A stretch of 32,000 nucleotides of DNA, taken from NCBI RefSeq assembly GCF_000012925.1, contig NC_007517.1, forward strand, positions 3,690,001-3,722,000, written 5' to 3'. The stretch comes from Geobacter metallireducens GS-15 (GTDB lineage: Bacteria; Desulfobacterota; Desulfuromonadia; Geobacterales; Geobacteraceae). Shown here piece by piece: positions 10,710 to 21,014 of the stretch; positions within the stretch are counted from its first letter, which is position 1; every line of letters starts with the position of its first letter. Under the pieces are notes generated by a model. It worked only from the letters and a program-made list of their open reading frames with translations. It was not told where the DNA came from and did not search any database. The position numbers were made by a program, and so were the translations under genes.

Positions 10710-10809
10710 TTACCTTTGCGTAAATAGCACACACACGGAAATCAGGCATGCAACCCTCTTCTCTCATAAGAGGGCGCCATTTCCGAAAAAAACACAGGAG
10801 GGAGCAACG

Positions 10810-11982
10810 ATGAAAGCATATCCAACTCTTAATTTCGATCTCGGCGAGACCAGCAGCATCCTCAGGGAAACGGTAAAGGAGTTTGCAGCTAAGGAGATCA
10901 CGCCGCGTGCCACCGACATCGACCGGGACAACCACTTCCCCATGGACCTCTGGCCCAAGATGGGGCAACTGGGGCTCCTAGGGGTCACTGTTTCCGAGGA
11001 GTACGGCGGCGCCGCCATGGGGTACCTGGAGCACGTCATCGCCATGGAGGAGCTCTCCCGGGCTTCGGCCTCGGTGGGGCTGGCCTACGGCGCCCACTCA
11101 AACCTCTGCGTCAACCAGATCTTCCGCAACGGCAACGAGTCCCAAAGGCGGAAGTACCTCCCCAAACTCATCAGCGGCGAGCACGTGGGCGCCCTGGCAA
11201 TGAGCGAGCCCGGCGCCGGCTCCGACGTGGTCAGCATGCGCCTGCGGGCCGACAAAAAAGGAGACCGCTTCATTCTTAACGGCAACAAGATGTGGATCAC
11301 CAACGGCCCCCACGCCGACACCCTGGTGGTCTACGCCAAGACCGACATGAACGCGGGCCCCCGCGGCATTACCGCCTTCCTCATCGAGAAGGGATTCAAG
11401 GGGTTTTCCACGGCCCAGAAGCTGGACAAGCTCGGGATGAGGGGCTCCGACACCTGCGAGCTGGTCTTCGAAAACTGTGAGGTACCCGAAGAAAACATCC
11501 TCGGCGGCGTGGGCCGGGGGGTCAACGTACTCATGAGCGGCCTCGACTACGAGCGGGCGGTCTTGGCCTCCGGTCCGCTGGGGATCATGCAGGCCTGCAT
11601 GGACGTGGTCGTCCCCTACCTCCACGAGCGGAAGCAGTTCGATCAGCCCATCGGCCAGTTCCAACTCATGCAGGGGAAGATCGCCGACATGTACACCACC
11701 CTGAACGCCTCCCGGGCCTACGTCTACGCCGTCGCCAACGCCTGCACCCGTGGCGAAACAAGCCGCAAGGACTGCGCCGGCGCCATCCTCTACGCAGCGG
11801 AAAAGGCCACCTGGATGGCCCTGGAGGCGATCCAGTGCCTCGGCGGCAACGGTTACATCAACGAGTACCCCACCGGTCGCCTCCTGCGGGACGCCAAGCT
11901 CTACGAGATCGGCGCCGGCACCAGCGAAATCCGCAGAATGCTCATCGGCCGCGAACTGTTCGAGGAAACGGTCCACGCCTGA
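10810..11982 (+). CDS. liuA: Isovaleryl-CoA dehydrogenase
   Basis: 390 aa from [11 protein letters not shown], with AGGAGGG 7 nt upstream. Acyl-CoA dehydrogenase fold with IVD-type features: LDYER (helix-G catalytic Glu position) and [11 protein letters not shown] near the C-terminus. First gene of a liuABCDE-order cluster. Confidence 0.9.
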   Translation: MKAYPTLNFDLGETSSILRETVKEFAAKEITPRATDIDRDNHFPMDLWPKMGQLGLLGVTVSEEYGGAAMGYLEHVIAMEELSRASASVGLAYGAHSNLCVNQIFRNGNESQRRKYLPKLISGEHVGALAMSEPGAGSDVVSMRLRADKKGDRFILNGNKMWITNGPHADTLVVYAKTDMNAGPRGITAFLIEKGFKGFSTAQKLDKLGMRGSDTCELVFENCEVPEENILGGVGRGVNVLMSGLDYERAVLASGPLGIMQACMDVVVPYLHERKQFDQPIGQFQLMQGKIADMYTTLNASRAYVYAVANACTRGETSRKDCAGAILYAAEKATWMALEAIQCLGGNGYINEYPTGRLLRDAKLYEIGAGTSEIRRMLIGRELFEETVHA

Positions 11983-12036
11983 GGAAGCGGCGGCAGACGC
12001 CTGAACACGCAGAAACGACGAGGAGACCAACCCGCC

Positions 12037-13644
12037 ATGAGCGTACTGAAAAGTTCCATCAACACAACTACCGAAGAGTTCCGCACCAATGCCGACGTGA
12101 TGAGGGGGCTGGTGGCCGACCTGGAGGACAAGGTCGCCCAGATCAAGCTGGGTGGCGGCGAAAAGGCTCGCGCCAAGCACGTTGAGCGGGGAAAGCTCCT
12201 TCCGCGGGAGCGTATCCGCCAGCTCCTGGACGTGGGTTCCCCCTTCCTGGAGCTGTCACAGCTAGCTGCCTGGGGAATGTACAGTGGTGACGTCGCCTCC
12301 GGCGGCGTCATCACCGGCATCGGCCGAGTCTCGGGCCGGGAGTGCATGATCGTTGCCAATGACGCCACGGTCAAGGGGGGGAGTTACTTTCCCAGCACGG
12401 TCAAAAAACACCTGCGGGCCCAGGAGATTGCCGAGGCGAACCACCTCCCCTGCATCTACCTGGTGGATTCCGGCGGAGCCAACCTCCCCCAGCAGGACGA
12501 GGTCTTCCCCGACCGGGATCACTTCGGCCGGATCTTTTACAACCAGGCGAACATGTCGGGCAAAGGAATTCCCCAGATTGCCGTGGTGATGGGCTCCTGC
12601 ACCGCCGGCGGGGCCTATGTCCCGGCCATGTCCGACGAGAGCGTCATCGTCCGGTGCCAGGGGACCATCTTCCTGGGCGGCCCCCCCCTGGTGAAGGCGG
12701 CTACCGGCGAGGTGGTGAGCGCCGAGGACCTGGGTGGCGCCGACGTCCACTGCCGCACCTCCGGCGTCACCGACCACTATGCCGCCAACGACGGCCACGC
12801 CCTGGAGGTGGCCCGCCGGATCGTATCAAACCTGAACCGCGTCAAGCGCCCCGAGCTCGCCCTCCGGGAGCCGGCAGGCCCTCTCTACAACCCGGCTGAG
12901 CTCTACGGCGTCATCCCCACCGACACTCGCAAGCCCTATGACGTGCGGGAGGTTATCGCCCGCATCGTGGACGGCTCGGAGTTCGACGAATTCAAGCAAC
13001 TCTATGGCACCACGCTCGTCTGCGGCTTCGCCCACATCTTTGGCTACCCGGTGGGGATCGTGGCCAACAACGGAATTCTCTTCTCCGAGTCGGCCCTCAA
13101 AGGGGCCCATTTCGTCGAGCTCTGCAGCCAGCGGGGGATCCCCCTCATCTTCCTCCAGAACATCACCGGCTTCATGGTGGGAAGCAAGTACGAATCGGGG
13201 GGGATCGCCAAGGACGGGGCCAAAATGGTGACCGCCGTGGCCTGCGCCAAGGTCCCCAAGTTCACGGTCATCATCGGCGGAAGCTATGGAGCCGGCAACT
13301 ATGGCATGTGCGGCCGGGCCTACTCGCCGCGCTTCCTCTGGATGTGGCCCAATGCCCGGATCTCGGTCATGGGGGGAGAGCAGGCGGCCAGCGTCCTGGC
13401 CCAGGTAAAGCGAGACGGAATAGAGGCCCAGGGGAAAACCTGGCCCGCCGACGAGGAAGAGGAATTCAGGAGACCCATCCGAGAGCAGTACGAGACCCAG
13501 GGGCACCCCTACTATGCCAGCGCCCGGCTCTGGGACGACGGAATCATCGACCCGGCCGACACCCGGATGGTGTTGGGGCTCGGCATCTCGGCGACCCTCA
13601 ACGCACCGCCCATGAAGACCGATTTCGGCGTCTTCCGGATGTAA
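12037..13644 (+). CDS. liuB: 3-Methylcrotonyl-CoA carboxylase, carboxyltransferase (beta) subunit
   Basis: 535 aa with two carboxyltransferase halves ([16 protein letters not shown]; [18 protein letters not shown]). Sits between liuA and liuC. Confidence 0.9.
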   Translation: MSVLKSSINTTTEEFRTNADVMRGLVADLEDKVAQIKLGGGEKARAKHVERGKLLPRERIRQLLDVGSPFLELSQLAAWGMYSGDVASGGVITGIGRVSGRECMIVANDATVKGGSYFPSTVKKHLRAQEIAEANHLPCIYLVDSGGANLPQQDEVFPDRDHFGRIFYNQANMSGKGIPQIAVVMGSCTAGGAYVPAMSDESVIVRCQGTIFLGGPPLVKAATGEVVSAEDLGGADVHCRTSGVTDHYAANDGHALEVARRIVSNLNRVKRPELALREPAGPLYNPAELYGVIPTDTRKPYDVREVIARIVDGSEFDEFKQLYGTTLVCGFAHIFGYPVGIVANNGILFSESALKGAHFVELCSQRGIPLIFLQNITGFMVGSKYESGGIAKDGAKMVTAVACAKVPKFTVIIGGSYGAGNYGMCGRAYSPRFLWMWPNARISVMGGEQAASVLAQVKRDGIEAQGKTWPADEEEEFRRPIREQYETQGHPYYASARLWDDGIIDPADTRMVLGLGISATLNAPPMKTDFGVFRM

Positions 13645-13789
13645 GTGAACGCGGCTTTTCCGCAATCTCTGCGTTTATCTTCGGAATTTGCTTGTGCGAC
13701 GTAGCGCTGCTACGCCTCCGCGCAATTCCTAGATCGCCTTGACCTTGCGAAAAATCCACGTTCACCGGAAGACCAAAGGACACAGAACA

Positions 13790-14581
13790 ATGACCACTGA
13801 AACCATCCTGACCCAGATCGACGACCGGGGCGTGGCGACCCTCACCATGAACCGGCCCGAGCTCCACAACGCCTTTGACGATCTCCTCATCGCCGCCCTC
13901 ACCGCGGAACTGCGGCGGCTCGAAGCGGACGACAGCGTGCGGGTCGTGATCCTCGCCGCCTCGGGCCGAAGCTTCTCCGCCGGGGCGGACCTCTCCTGGA
14001 TGCGCCGCATGGCCGACTACACCCGGGAGGAAAACCTTACCGACGCCCAGGTGCTGGCCGAGCTGATGCGGACCCTGGCCACCCTGAAGAAGCCGACTAT
14101 CGCCCAGGTCCAGGGGGCCGCCTTTGGCGGGGGGGTGGGGCTTGTGGCCTGCTGCGACGTGGCCATCGCCAGCCGGCGGGCCACCTTCTGCCTCTCGGAG
14201 GTGAAACTGGGGCTCATCCCGGCGGTCATCTCCCCCTACGTGGTGGAGGCACTAGGTCCCCGGGCCGCGCGCCGCTACTTCCAGAGCGCCGAGATATTCG
14301 ACGCCGCCGAGGCCCGCGGCCTCGGTCTCGTCCACGAGGTGACGACGGAGGAGGAGCTTCCCGCCGCCGTGGAACGCCTTGCCGCAACTCTTCTCCTCAA
14401 CGGTCCCCGGGCCATGGCCGCCGCCAAGGAGCTCGTGGCCCGGGTCGCCTCCGGCCCCATCGACGAGGCGATGATACGCGACACCGCCGAACGGATCGCC
14501 GACACCCGCGCCTCCGCCGAGGGGAAAGAGGGGCTCTCCGCCTTCCTGGAAAAAAGAAAACCTCGCTGGGTGAAAGGATAG
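13790..14581 (+). CDS. liuC: Methylglutaconyl-CoA hydratase (crotonase family)
   Basis: Crotonase motifs FSAGADLSWM and GAAFGGGVGLVACCDVAIA. ATG 13790 is chosen over the tracked TTG at 13739. Assignment also rests on gene context. Confidence 0.85.
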   Translation: MTTETILTQIDDRGVATLTMNRPELHNAFDDLLIAALTAELRRLEADDSVRVVILAASGRSFSAGADLSWMRRMADYTREENLTDAQVLAELMRTLATLKKPTIAQVQGAAFGGGVGLVACCDVAIASRRATFCLSEVKLGLIPAVISPYVVEALGPRAARRYFQSAEIFDAAEARGLGLVHEVTTEEELPAAVERLAATLLLNGPRAMAAAKELVARVASGPIDEAMIRDTAERIADTRASAEGKEGLSAFLEKRKPRWVKG

Positions 14582-14586
14582 ATACC

Positions 14587-16593
14587 ATGTTCGATACGAT
14601 TCTCATTGCAAACCGGGGCGAAATTGCCTGCCGCGTCATCAGCACCGCCCGCCGCCTCGGCATCCGCACCGTGGCCGTCTACTCCGACACCGACGCCGAC
14701 GCCCTTCACGTGACCATGGCCGACGAGGCGTACCACATTGGCCTGGCCCCTGCCCGGGAAAGCTACCTGAGAGGTGACGTCATCCTGGAGGTGGCGGCCA
14801 GGAGCGGCGCCCAAGCCATTCACCCCGGCTATGGCTTCCTTTCCGAAAACGCTGAATTTGCAGAAGCCTGCGCCAAGGCCGGTGTCGTATTCATCGGCCC
14901 CCCCACCGGGGCGATTCGCGCCATGGGCTCCAAGAGCGCCGCCAAGGAGATCATGGAGAAGGCCGGCGTCCCCCTGGTTCCCGGCTACCACGGCGAGAAC
15001 CAGGATCCGGAGTTTCTGGGGCGGGAAGCGAAGCGGATTGGTTTCCCGGTCCTCATCAAGGCGAGTGCCGGCGGTGGCGGCAAAGGGATGCGGGCCGTGC
15101 GGGAGGCAGTGGAGTTTCCCGATGCCCTCGCCTCGGCCAAGCGGGAGGCCCAGGCCTCCTTCGGCGATGACCGGGTGCTCCTCGAAAAATACCTCACCAA
15201 GCCCCGCCACGTGGAGATCCAGGTTTTCGCCGATACCCACGGCAACGCGGTGCACCTCTTCGAACGCGACTGCTCCATCCAGCGCCGCCACCAGAAGGTG
15301 CTGGAGGAGGCACCGGCCCCCGGCATGAAGCCTGCCCTCCGCAAGAAGATGGGGGAGGCGGCGGTAGCCGCGGCCAGCGCCATCGGCTACGTGGGGGCGG
15401 GAACCGTGGAGTTTCTTCTGGACGAAGACGGCTCCTTCTACTTCATGGAGATGAACACCCGCCTCCAGGTTGAGCACCCCGTGACCGAGATGATCACCGG
15501 CCAGGACCTGGTTGAGTGGCAGCTCCAGGTGGCGGCCGGCGCCCCCCTCCCCTGCCGGCAGAAGGATCTCGCCATTGGCGGCCACGCCATCGAGGCCCGC
15601 ATCTACGCCGAAGACCCGGCCAAGGACTTTCTCCCCTCCATCGGCCGGCTGGCCCATCTCCGCACCCCCGCCGAAAGCGCCAACGTCCGGATCGACACCG
15701 GCGTGGGCCAGGGGGGGGAGGTGAGCATCTACTATGACCCCATGATTGCCAAACTGATCGTCTGGGACACCGACCGGGCCGGGGCACTGCGCCGACTTCA
15801 GAAGGCCCTGGCCGACTATCAGGTGGTCGGGGTTACCACCAACATCGGCTTCCTCGGGAGCGTAGCGGCACACCCCGCCTTTGCCGCCGCAGACCTGGAC
15901 ACCGGCTTTATCGAGCGGCACCGGACCGACCTCTTCCCCGATCCCAGCCTGGCATCGGACCGGACCCTGGCCCTCGCCTCCCTCGACGTGCTCCTGCGCC
16001 GGGCCGCCGAGGCGAAGCGGACGGCCCTCGCCTCCGCCGATCCCTATTCCCCGTGGCACCAGACCAGCGGCTGGCGCCTCAACTTCGACAACCACCACGA
16101 CCTCCACTTCCTGGACGGGGAAAAGGTCGTGACGATCACGGTCCACTACCGCGCAGAGGGGTATCTCCTTGCCCTGCCGGGGGGAGATCTCCTTGTCCGG
16201 GGCGAGCTGGATGCAGCCGGAGATATTCTGGCCGATCTGGGTGGGGCACGGGTTAAGGCCACCGTGGTTCGCCACGGCGCCACCCTCACCATCATGAAGG
16301 GAGGGCGGAGCCATACTCTGGCCATCCATAACCCCTACGCCCTCTCCGGCGACGAGGAGGGTGCCGGCGGCAGACTCACCGCCCCAATGCCGGGAAAAGT
16401 TGTGGCGGTCATGGTGGAACCGGGGGAGCGGGTGGAAAAGGGGCGCCCCCTCATGATCCTGGAGGCCATGAAGATGGAGCACACCATCGCCGCCCCCCGG
16501 GACGGACTCGTGGCCCGGCTCAACTTCACCGTCGGCTCCCTGGTGAGCGATGGGGCGGAACTTCTGGCCCTTGCCGACGAAGAGGGGGTCTGA
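14587..16593 (+). CDS. liuD: 3-Methylcrotonyl-CoA carboxylase, biotin carboxylase/BCCP (alpha) subunit
   Basis: 668 aa. N-terminal biotin carboxylase ([17 protein letters not shown]-grasp GGGGKGMR). C-terminal biotinyl domain with EAMKMEH. Confidence 0.93.
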   Translation: MFDTILIANRGEIACRVISTARRLGIRTVAVYSDTDADALHVTMADEAYHIGLAPARESYLRGDVILEVAARSGAQAIHPGYGFLSENAEFAEACAKAGVVFIGPPTGAIRAMGSKSAAKEIMEKAGVPLVPGYHGENQDPEFLGREAKRIGFPVLIKASAGGGGKGMRAVREAVEFPDALASAKREAQASFGDDRVLLEKYLTKPRHVEIQVFADTHGNAVHLFERDCSIQRRHQKVLEEAPAPGMKPALRKKMGEAAVAAASAIGYVGAGTVEFLLDEDGSFYFMEMNTRLQVEHPVTEMITGQDLVEWQLQVAAGAPLPCRQKDLAIGGHAIEARIYAEDPAKDFLPSIGRLAHLRTPAESANVRIDTGVGQGGEVSIYYDPMIAKLIVWDTDRAGALRRLQKALADYQVVGVTTNIGFLGSVAAHPAFAAADLDTGFIERHRTDLFPDPSLASDRTLALASLDVLLRRAAEAKRTALASADPYSPWHQTSGWRLNFDNHHDLHFLDGEKVVTITVHYRAEGYLLALPGGDLLVRGELDAAGDILADLGGARVKATVVRHGATLTIMKGGRSHTLAIHNPYALSGDEEGAGGRLTAPMPGKVVAVMVEPGERVEKGRPLMILEAMKMEHTIAAPRDGLVARLNFTVGSLVSDGAELLALADEEGV

Positions 16594-16594
16594 G

Positions 16595-17524
16595 ATGCCA
16601 ATGCCGACGCGGGTGAAGATGGTGGAGGTGGGGCCCCGGGACGGTCTCCAGAACGAGAAGGCGATCATCCCGGCCGAGGTAAAGATCGCCCTTATCGATA
16701 AGCTGTCGGAGGCGGGGCTTCCGGCGATCGAGGTCACGAGCTTCGTCTCTCCCACCTGGGTCCCCCAGATGGCCGACAACGCCCAGGTCATGACCGGAAT
16801 CGCCCGCCGGGAGGGTGTCGCCTATCCGGTTCTCGTCCCTAACCGAAAGGGGCTGGAAGCGGCCATTGCCGCCGGCGCGGCCGAAATCGCCATATTCGCC
16901 GCCGCCTCGGAGTCCTTCTCCCGAAAGAACATCAACTGCTCCATTGCCGAGAGTCTGGAACGCTTCGCCGAGGTCATCACCGTGGCCAGGGTCCAGGGGT
17001 TGCGGGTGCGGGGGTATGTCTCCTGCGTCCTCGGCTGCCCCTACGAGGGTGAGGTGAGCTTCGACGTGGTGGCAGGGGTGGCAGGGCAGCTCCTGCAGCT
17101 CGGCTGCTACGAGATATCTCTTGGCGACACCATCGGCGTGGGCACCCCCGGCCGGGCGCAGACCATGGTGGATGTGGTGTCGAGACTGGTGCCGCGGGAG
17201 AAACTGGCAGTCCATTTCCACGATACCTACGGCCAGGCCCTGGCCAACATCCTGGCAGTCCTCGAACGGGGCATCGCCACCGTCGACAGCTCCGTGGCCG
17301 GCCTCGGCGGCTGTCCTTACGCCGCCGGCGCCTCGGGCAACGTTGCCAGCGAGGATCTTCTTTACATGCTGAACGGCCTCGGCATCGAGACCGGGGTCGA
17401 CCTGGAACACCTCATGGCCGCCGGAAACTACATCTCCGGCCACTTGGGCCGCCCGTCGGGCTCCCGTGTGGCTCGGGCCATGGGGTGCTCTCCACACCAG
17501 ATAACGACGACGGCAAACGCCTGA
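16595..17524 (+). CDS. liuE: Hydroxymethylglutaryl-CoA lyase
   Basis: Motifs [22 protein letters not shown] and [11 protein letters not shown] 16595 lies 1 nt after the liuD stop. Confidence 0.92.
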   Translation: MPMPTRVKMVEVGPRDGLQNEKAIIPAEVKIALIDKLSEAGLPAIEVTSFVSPTWVPQMADNAQVMTGIARREGVAYPVLVPNRKGLEAAIAAGAAEIAIFAAASESFSRKNINCSIAESLERFAEVITVARVQGLRVRGYVSCVLGCPYEGEVSFDVVAGVAGQLLQLGCYEISLGDTIGVGTPGRAQTMVDVVSRLVPREKLAVHFHDTYGQALANILAVLERGIATVDSSVAGLGGCPYAAGASGNVASEDLLYMLNGLGIETGVDLEHLMAAGNYISGHLGRPSGSRVARAMGCSPHQITTTANA

Positions 17525-17550
17525 ACTAAAACAATACAGGAGGATTGACC

Positions 17551-18864
17551 ATGAATAATGCAGCATTGGCCGTATCCCGATACGAACAGGAATATCAGCA
17601 GAAGCTCTCCACCGCCGAAGAGGTGGCGGCCACCGTCAAATCGGGGGACCATCTCTGCTTCCCCATCTGCGCCGGAGAGCCGACTCTCTTCGTCAAGGCC
17701 CTTGCAGCCCGCAAACATGAGCTCGAAAGGGTGGTGGTAAACCAGCAGCACCACCTCTGCCCCGACTACCTCACCGAGGAGTCCACTCCCCATATCCGGG
17801 TCAACTCCTGGTTCACGAGCCACGTCTCCCGCAAGGCGGTCCAGAACGGCTGGGCCGACTTCGTCCCCAACTACTTCCACGAGGTGCCCAAGCTCCTGCG
17901 GGAATACTGGCCCGTTGATATCGCGGGAACCGTGGTTTCCCCCATGGACGAGCACGGCTTCTTCACCTGCAGCCTCTCGGTGGCCTACACCATGGAGGCG
18001 GTCAAGAAGGCGAACCGGGTGGTGGTGCAGGTGAACCCCAATGCCCCCCGCACCCACGGCAACTGCCACATCCACATATCCGACGTGGACTTCATCATCG
18101 AAACCAACGACCCCATCGTCGAACTGGCCATTCCTCCCATCACCCCCATCGAGGAGGCGATTGGCGGCTACATCGCCGAACTCATCGAGGACGGCTCCAC
18201 CCTGCAGCTCGGCATCGGCGGCATTCCCAACGCAGTCTGCAAGGCGCTCCTGAAAAAGCGAGATCTGGGAATTCACACCGAGATGATCACCGACGGCATG
18301 GTGGACCTCATGTTCAGCGGAGCGGTGAACAACTCTAAAAAGAACCTCCTGCCGGGGAAGACCCTCGGCACCTTCGCCCTGGGAACCAAGCGGCTTTACG
18401 AGTTCATGAACGAGAACCCCATGATTGAGATGCACCCCGTGGACTTCACCAACAACCCCTACAACATCGGCCAGAACGACAAGGTGGTGGCCATCAACGC
18501 CACTATTGAGGTGGACCTCCTGGGACAGTGCTGCTCCGAATCCCTGGGCCACGTCCAGTGGAGCGGCACCGGCGGCCAAGCCGACTTCGTCCGGGGGGCC
18601 AACATCTCTCGCGGAGGGAAAAGCTTCATCACCACCGCCGCCACCGCCAAGAACGGAACGGTGTCGAGCATCGTACCGACCCTCAAGCCGGGAGCGGCGG
18701 TCACCACCAACAAGAACGACGTCGATTACGTGGTGACCGAGTTCGGGGTGGCGAAGCTTCGCGGCCAGACCGCCCGGCAGCGTGCCCTCAACCTTATCAA
18801 TATCGCCCACCCCGACTTCCGTGAGGAACTGACGGCTGAAGCCCGGCGGATGAACCGAATTTAA
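17551..18864 (+). CDS. Family-I CoA-transferase (acetyl-CoA hydrolase/transferase, 4-hydroxybutyrate CoA-transferase-like), copy 1
   Basis: 437 aa from MNNAALAV, with AGGAGG 7 nt upstream. Collinear and gap-free with the 437-aa paralog at 27764-29077. Conserved GIGGIPNAV and GTGGQADF segments. Confidence 0.88.
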   Translation: MNNAALAVSRYEQEYQQKLSTAEEVAATVKSGDHLCFPICAGEPTLFVKALAARKHELERVVVNQQHHLCPDYLTEESTPHIRVNSWFTSHVSRKAVQNGWADFVPNYFHEVPKLLREYWPVDIAGTVVSPMDEHGFFTCSLSVAYTMEAVKKANRVVVQVNPNAPRTHGNCHIHISDVDFIIETNDPIVELAIPPITPIEEAIGGYIAELIEDGSTLQLGIGGIPNAVCKALLKKRDLGIHTEMITDGMVDLMFSGAVNNSKKNLLPGKTLGTFALGTKRLYEFMNENPMIEMHPVDFTNNPYNIGQNDKVVAINATIEVDLLGQCCSESLGHVQWSGTGGQADFVRGANISRGGKSFITTAATAKNGTVSSIVPTLKPGAAVTTNKNDVDYVVTEFGVAKLRGQTARQRALNLINIAHPDFREELTAEARRMNRI

Positions 18865-18937
18865 AGAAATGGCCCGGGACCTGGTAGGGATTCGGAAGAT
18901 ACGCCGAGGAATATTCCGAGTCCCAAGGCCTGGGACC

Positions 18938-18983
18938 GCACCGCGCGCCGGGAGGGGCGCCTCCTTCGCCCGGCGCGCGGTGC
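18938..18983 (+). other. Intercistronic GC-rich hairpin (perfect 15-bp stem) without a U-tract
   Basis: GCACCGCGCGCCGGG (18938-18952) pairs perfectly with CCCGGCGCGCGGTGC (18969-18983). 16-nt partly self-complementary loop. Confidence 0.7.
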
Positions 18984-19006
18984 CACCTTTACCAAAGGAG
19001 AGAGAC

Positions 19007-19585
19007 ATGTCCGACACCTGTTGCGCACCCGGCTTCATGCCCCCGAAAAGCATAATCCTCGACGAGGGGGTACGCCTCCTCTACGACCTGAACAAGGACC
19101 AATTGGTCGACATCATCGTCGACAGCGCCAAAAACTGGCTGGCCCACGACGGCCTCTGGTTCCAGGCCATCGAAGCTACCCATGGCATGGACGCGGCCAT
19201 GGACGCCGACCGCGAGGCGTGGCGGAAGTTCACCGTCATCGAGGCCCAGAGGATCATGGCGCGCCTCGGCATCGAACCGGGGGGAGGAATTCCCGCTTTG
19301 GTCGAGTGCCTGAAGCACCGTCTCTACGCCCGCCTGAACCTCCAGCAGATGGATGAAGCGACCGACACCCGTGCCGTCTTCATGATGGTGGACTGCCGGG
19401 TCCAGTCGGCCCGCAAGCGGAAGGGGCTTCCGGACTTCCCCTGCAAGTCGGTGGGAATCGTGGAATACGCCGAATTCGCCCGGACCGTGGACCCCAGGAT
19501 CGAAACCCGCTGCATCGCCTGCCCCCCCGACCCGCACCCCGACTATTTCTGGTGTGCCTGGGAATTTACCCTGCGGGAGTCATAA
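19007..19585 (+). CDS. Conserved hypothetical Cys-rich protein (192 aa), function unknown
   Basis: Starts MSDTCCAPGF, with AAAGGAGAG upstream. Eight cysteines, including an N-terminal CC and a C-terminal CIAC...FWC. Contains an NWLAHDGLWFQAIE segment. From memory it resembles the DUF6125/ATC-hydrolase-like families, but this is unverified. Confidence 0.7.
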   Translation: MSDTCCAPGFMPPKSIILDEGVRLLYDLNKDQLVDIIVDSAKNWLAHDGLWFQAIEATHGMDAAMDADREAWRKFTVIEAQRIMARLGIEPGGGIPALVECLKHRLYARLNLQQMDEATDTRAVFMMVDCRVQSARKRKGLPDFPCKSVGIVEYAEFARTVDPRIETRCIACPPDPHPDYFWCAWEFTLRES

Positions 19586-19617
19586 CGAAGTCCTCCGGGA
19601 GAAAGGGAGAACGTGCA

Positions 19618-20307
19618 ATGAAAGTTCAATCGTCCATAGAAAAGGCCCTGGAGGGGATCCAGGACGGGGCAACCCTCATGGTCGGCGGGTTCGGCCTGGT
19701 GGGAATCCCCGAGAAGCTGATCCTCGGGCTCCGGGAAAAGGGGGTGAAGAATTTGACCGTCATCTCCAACAACTGCGGGGTGGATGACTTCGGCTTGGGA
19801 ATTCTGCTCCAGAACCGGCAAATCAGGAAGATGGTCTCCTCCTACGTGGGGGAAAACAAGGAATTCGAGCGCCAGTTCCTCTCCGGCGAGCTGGAGGTGG
19901 AGCTTACCCCCCAGGGGACTCTAGCGGAACGGATCAGGGCCGGCGGCGCGGGAATCCCGGCTTTCTACACCCCGGCCGGCGTCGGCACCCCCCTGGCCGA
20001 GGGGCGCGAGGTGCGGAGCTTCAACGGCCGGGAGTACCTCCTGGAGACAGGCCTTGTGGCCGACTTCGCCCTGGTGAAGGCGTGGAAGGGGGACTGGATG
20101 GGGAACCTCATCTACAACAAGACCTCCCGCAACTTCAATCCCATGATGGCCACGGCGGCAAAGGTCACCATCGCCGAGGTTGAGGATCTTCTGGACCCCG
20201 GAGAGTTGGACCCGGCTTTCATTCACACACCCGGCGTCTATGTGCAGCGAATCGTGCTGTGTGGCAACTACGAGAAGCGGATCGAGCGGCGGACTGTCCG
20301 GGCTTGA
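19618..20307 (+). CDS. atoD: 3-Oxoacid (acetoacetate) CoA-transferase, subunit A
   Basis: 229 aa. AtoD/ScoA-type N-terminus ([20 protein letters not shown]). Confidence 0.9.
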   Translation: MKVQSSIEKALEGIQDGATLMVGGFGLVGIPEKLILGLREKGVKNLTVISNNCGVDDFGLGILLQNRQIRKMVSSYVGENKEFERQFLSGELEVELTPQGTLAERIRAGGAGIPAFYTPAGVGTPLAEGREVRSFNGREYLLETGLVADFALVKAWKGDWMGNLIYNKTSRNFNPMMATAAKVTIAEVEDLLDPGELDPAFIHTPGVYVQRIVLCGNYEKRIERRTVRA

Positions 20308-20324
20308 TTGAAAGGAGAGAAACA

Positions 20325-20981
20325 ATGGCTTTGACACGGGAACAGCTGGCCCAGCGGGCAGCACAGGAGGTTGAAGACGGCTTTTACGTGAACCTGGGGA
20401 TCGGCATCCCCACCATGGTTGCGAACTACATCCCCCCTGCCTGTCACGTGGTCCTGCAGTCGGAGAACGGCCTCCTGGGGATCGGCCCGTCCCCCCGCGA
20501 GGACGAGGTGGACCCGGAGCTGATCAATGCCGGCAAGGAGACCATCACCATGATTCCCGGCGCCTGCATCTTCAGCAGTTCCGACTCCTTCGCCATGATC
20601 CGGGGTGGGCACATCGACCTGGCCATCCTCGGGGGGATGGAGGTTTCGGACTCCGGCGACCTGGCGAACTGGATGATCCCCGGAAAGATGGTGAAGGGAA
20701 TGGGGGGAGCCATGGACCTGGTCCACGGGGCGAAGAAGATCGTGGTGGTCATGGAGCACTGCAGCAAGGGGGGGCAGTCCAAGATCCTGAAGCAGTGCAC
20801 CCTCCCCCTCACCGGCAAGGGAGTAGTGAACCGGATCATCACCGACCTGGCAGTGATGGATGTCACTGGCGACGGTCTCATCCTCCGGGAACTGGCACCG
20901 GAGGTGAGCGTCGACGATGTGGTCCGGGCAACGGAAGCGTCGCTTGCCGTGCCCGCCGACGTAGGAACGATGGCCCTGTAA
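20325..20981 (+). CDS. atoA: 3-Oxoacid (acetoacetate) CoA-transferase, subunit B
   Basis: 218 aa. AtoA/ScoB-type, with the catalytic Glu motif SENGLLG. Confidence 0.9.
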   Translation: MALTREQLAQRAAQEVEDGFYVNLGIGIPTMVANYIPPACHVVLQSENGLLGIGPSPREDEVDPELINAGKETITMIPGACIFSSSDSFAMIRGGHIDLAILGGMEVSDSGDLANWMIPGKMVKGMGGAMDLVHGAKKIVVVMEHCSKGGQSKILKQCTLPLTGKGVVNRIITDLAVMDVTGDGLILRELAPEVSVDDVVRATEASLAVPADVGTMAL

Positions 20982-21014
20982 CCGCGCAATCCCCGACGGG
21001 AAAGGAGCAACTCA

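Noticed and set aside
10525-10809. 95-codon N-terminal extension of the liuA ORF. Similar upstream extensions occur at 4791, 13739, 16550, 18869, 19552, 20259, 21666, 23885 and 27717-28100.
   Set aside because: The extensions run through AT-rich intergenic DNA or overlap the preceding gene. They lack homology-like motifs. In each case an internal ATG with a good ribosome-binding site matches the expected family N-terminus.
14275-16791. 838-aa minus-strand ORF, together with similar long antisense or alternative-frame ORFs (e.g. 7924-9492, 17428-19053, 11098-12180, 12826-13665, 5655-6674, 9595-10314, 2707-3576, 28535-29236, 30676-31584).
   Set aside because: Each lies entirely antisense to, or out of frame with, a gene that has clear family motifs. 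Their composition is Gly/Arg/His/Pro-rich and low in complexity, and they lack ribosome-binding sites. This is the usual stop-codon-poor artefact of GC-rich DNA.
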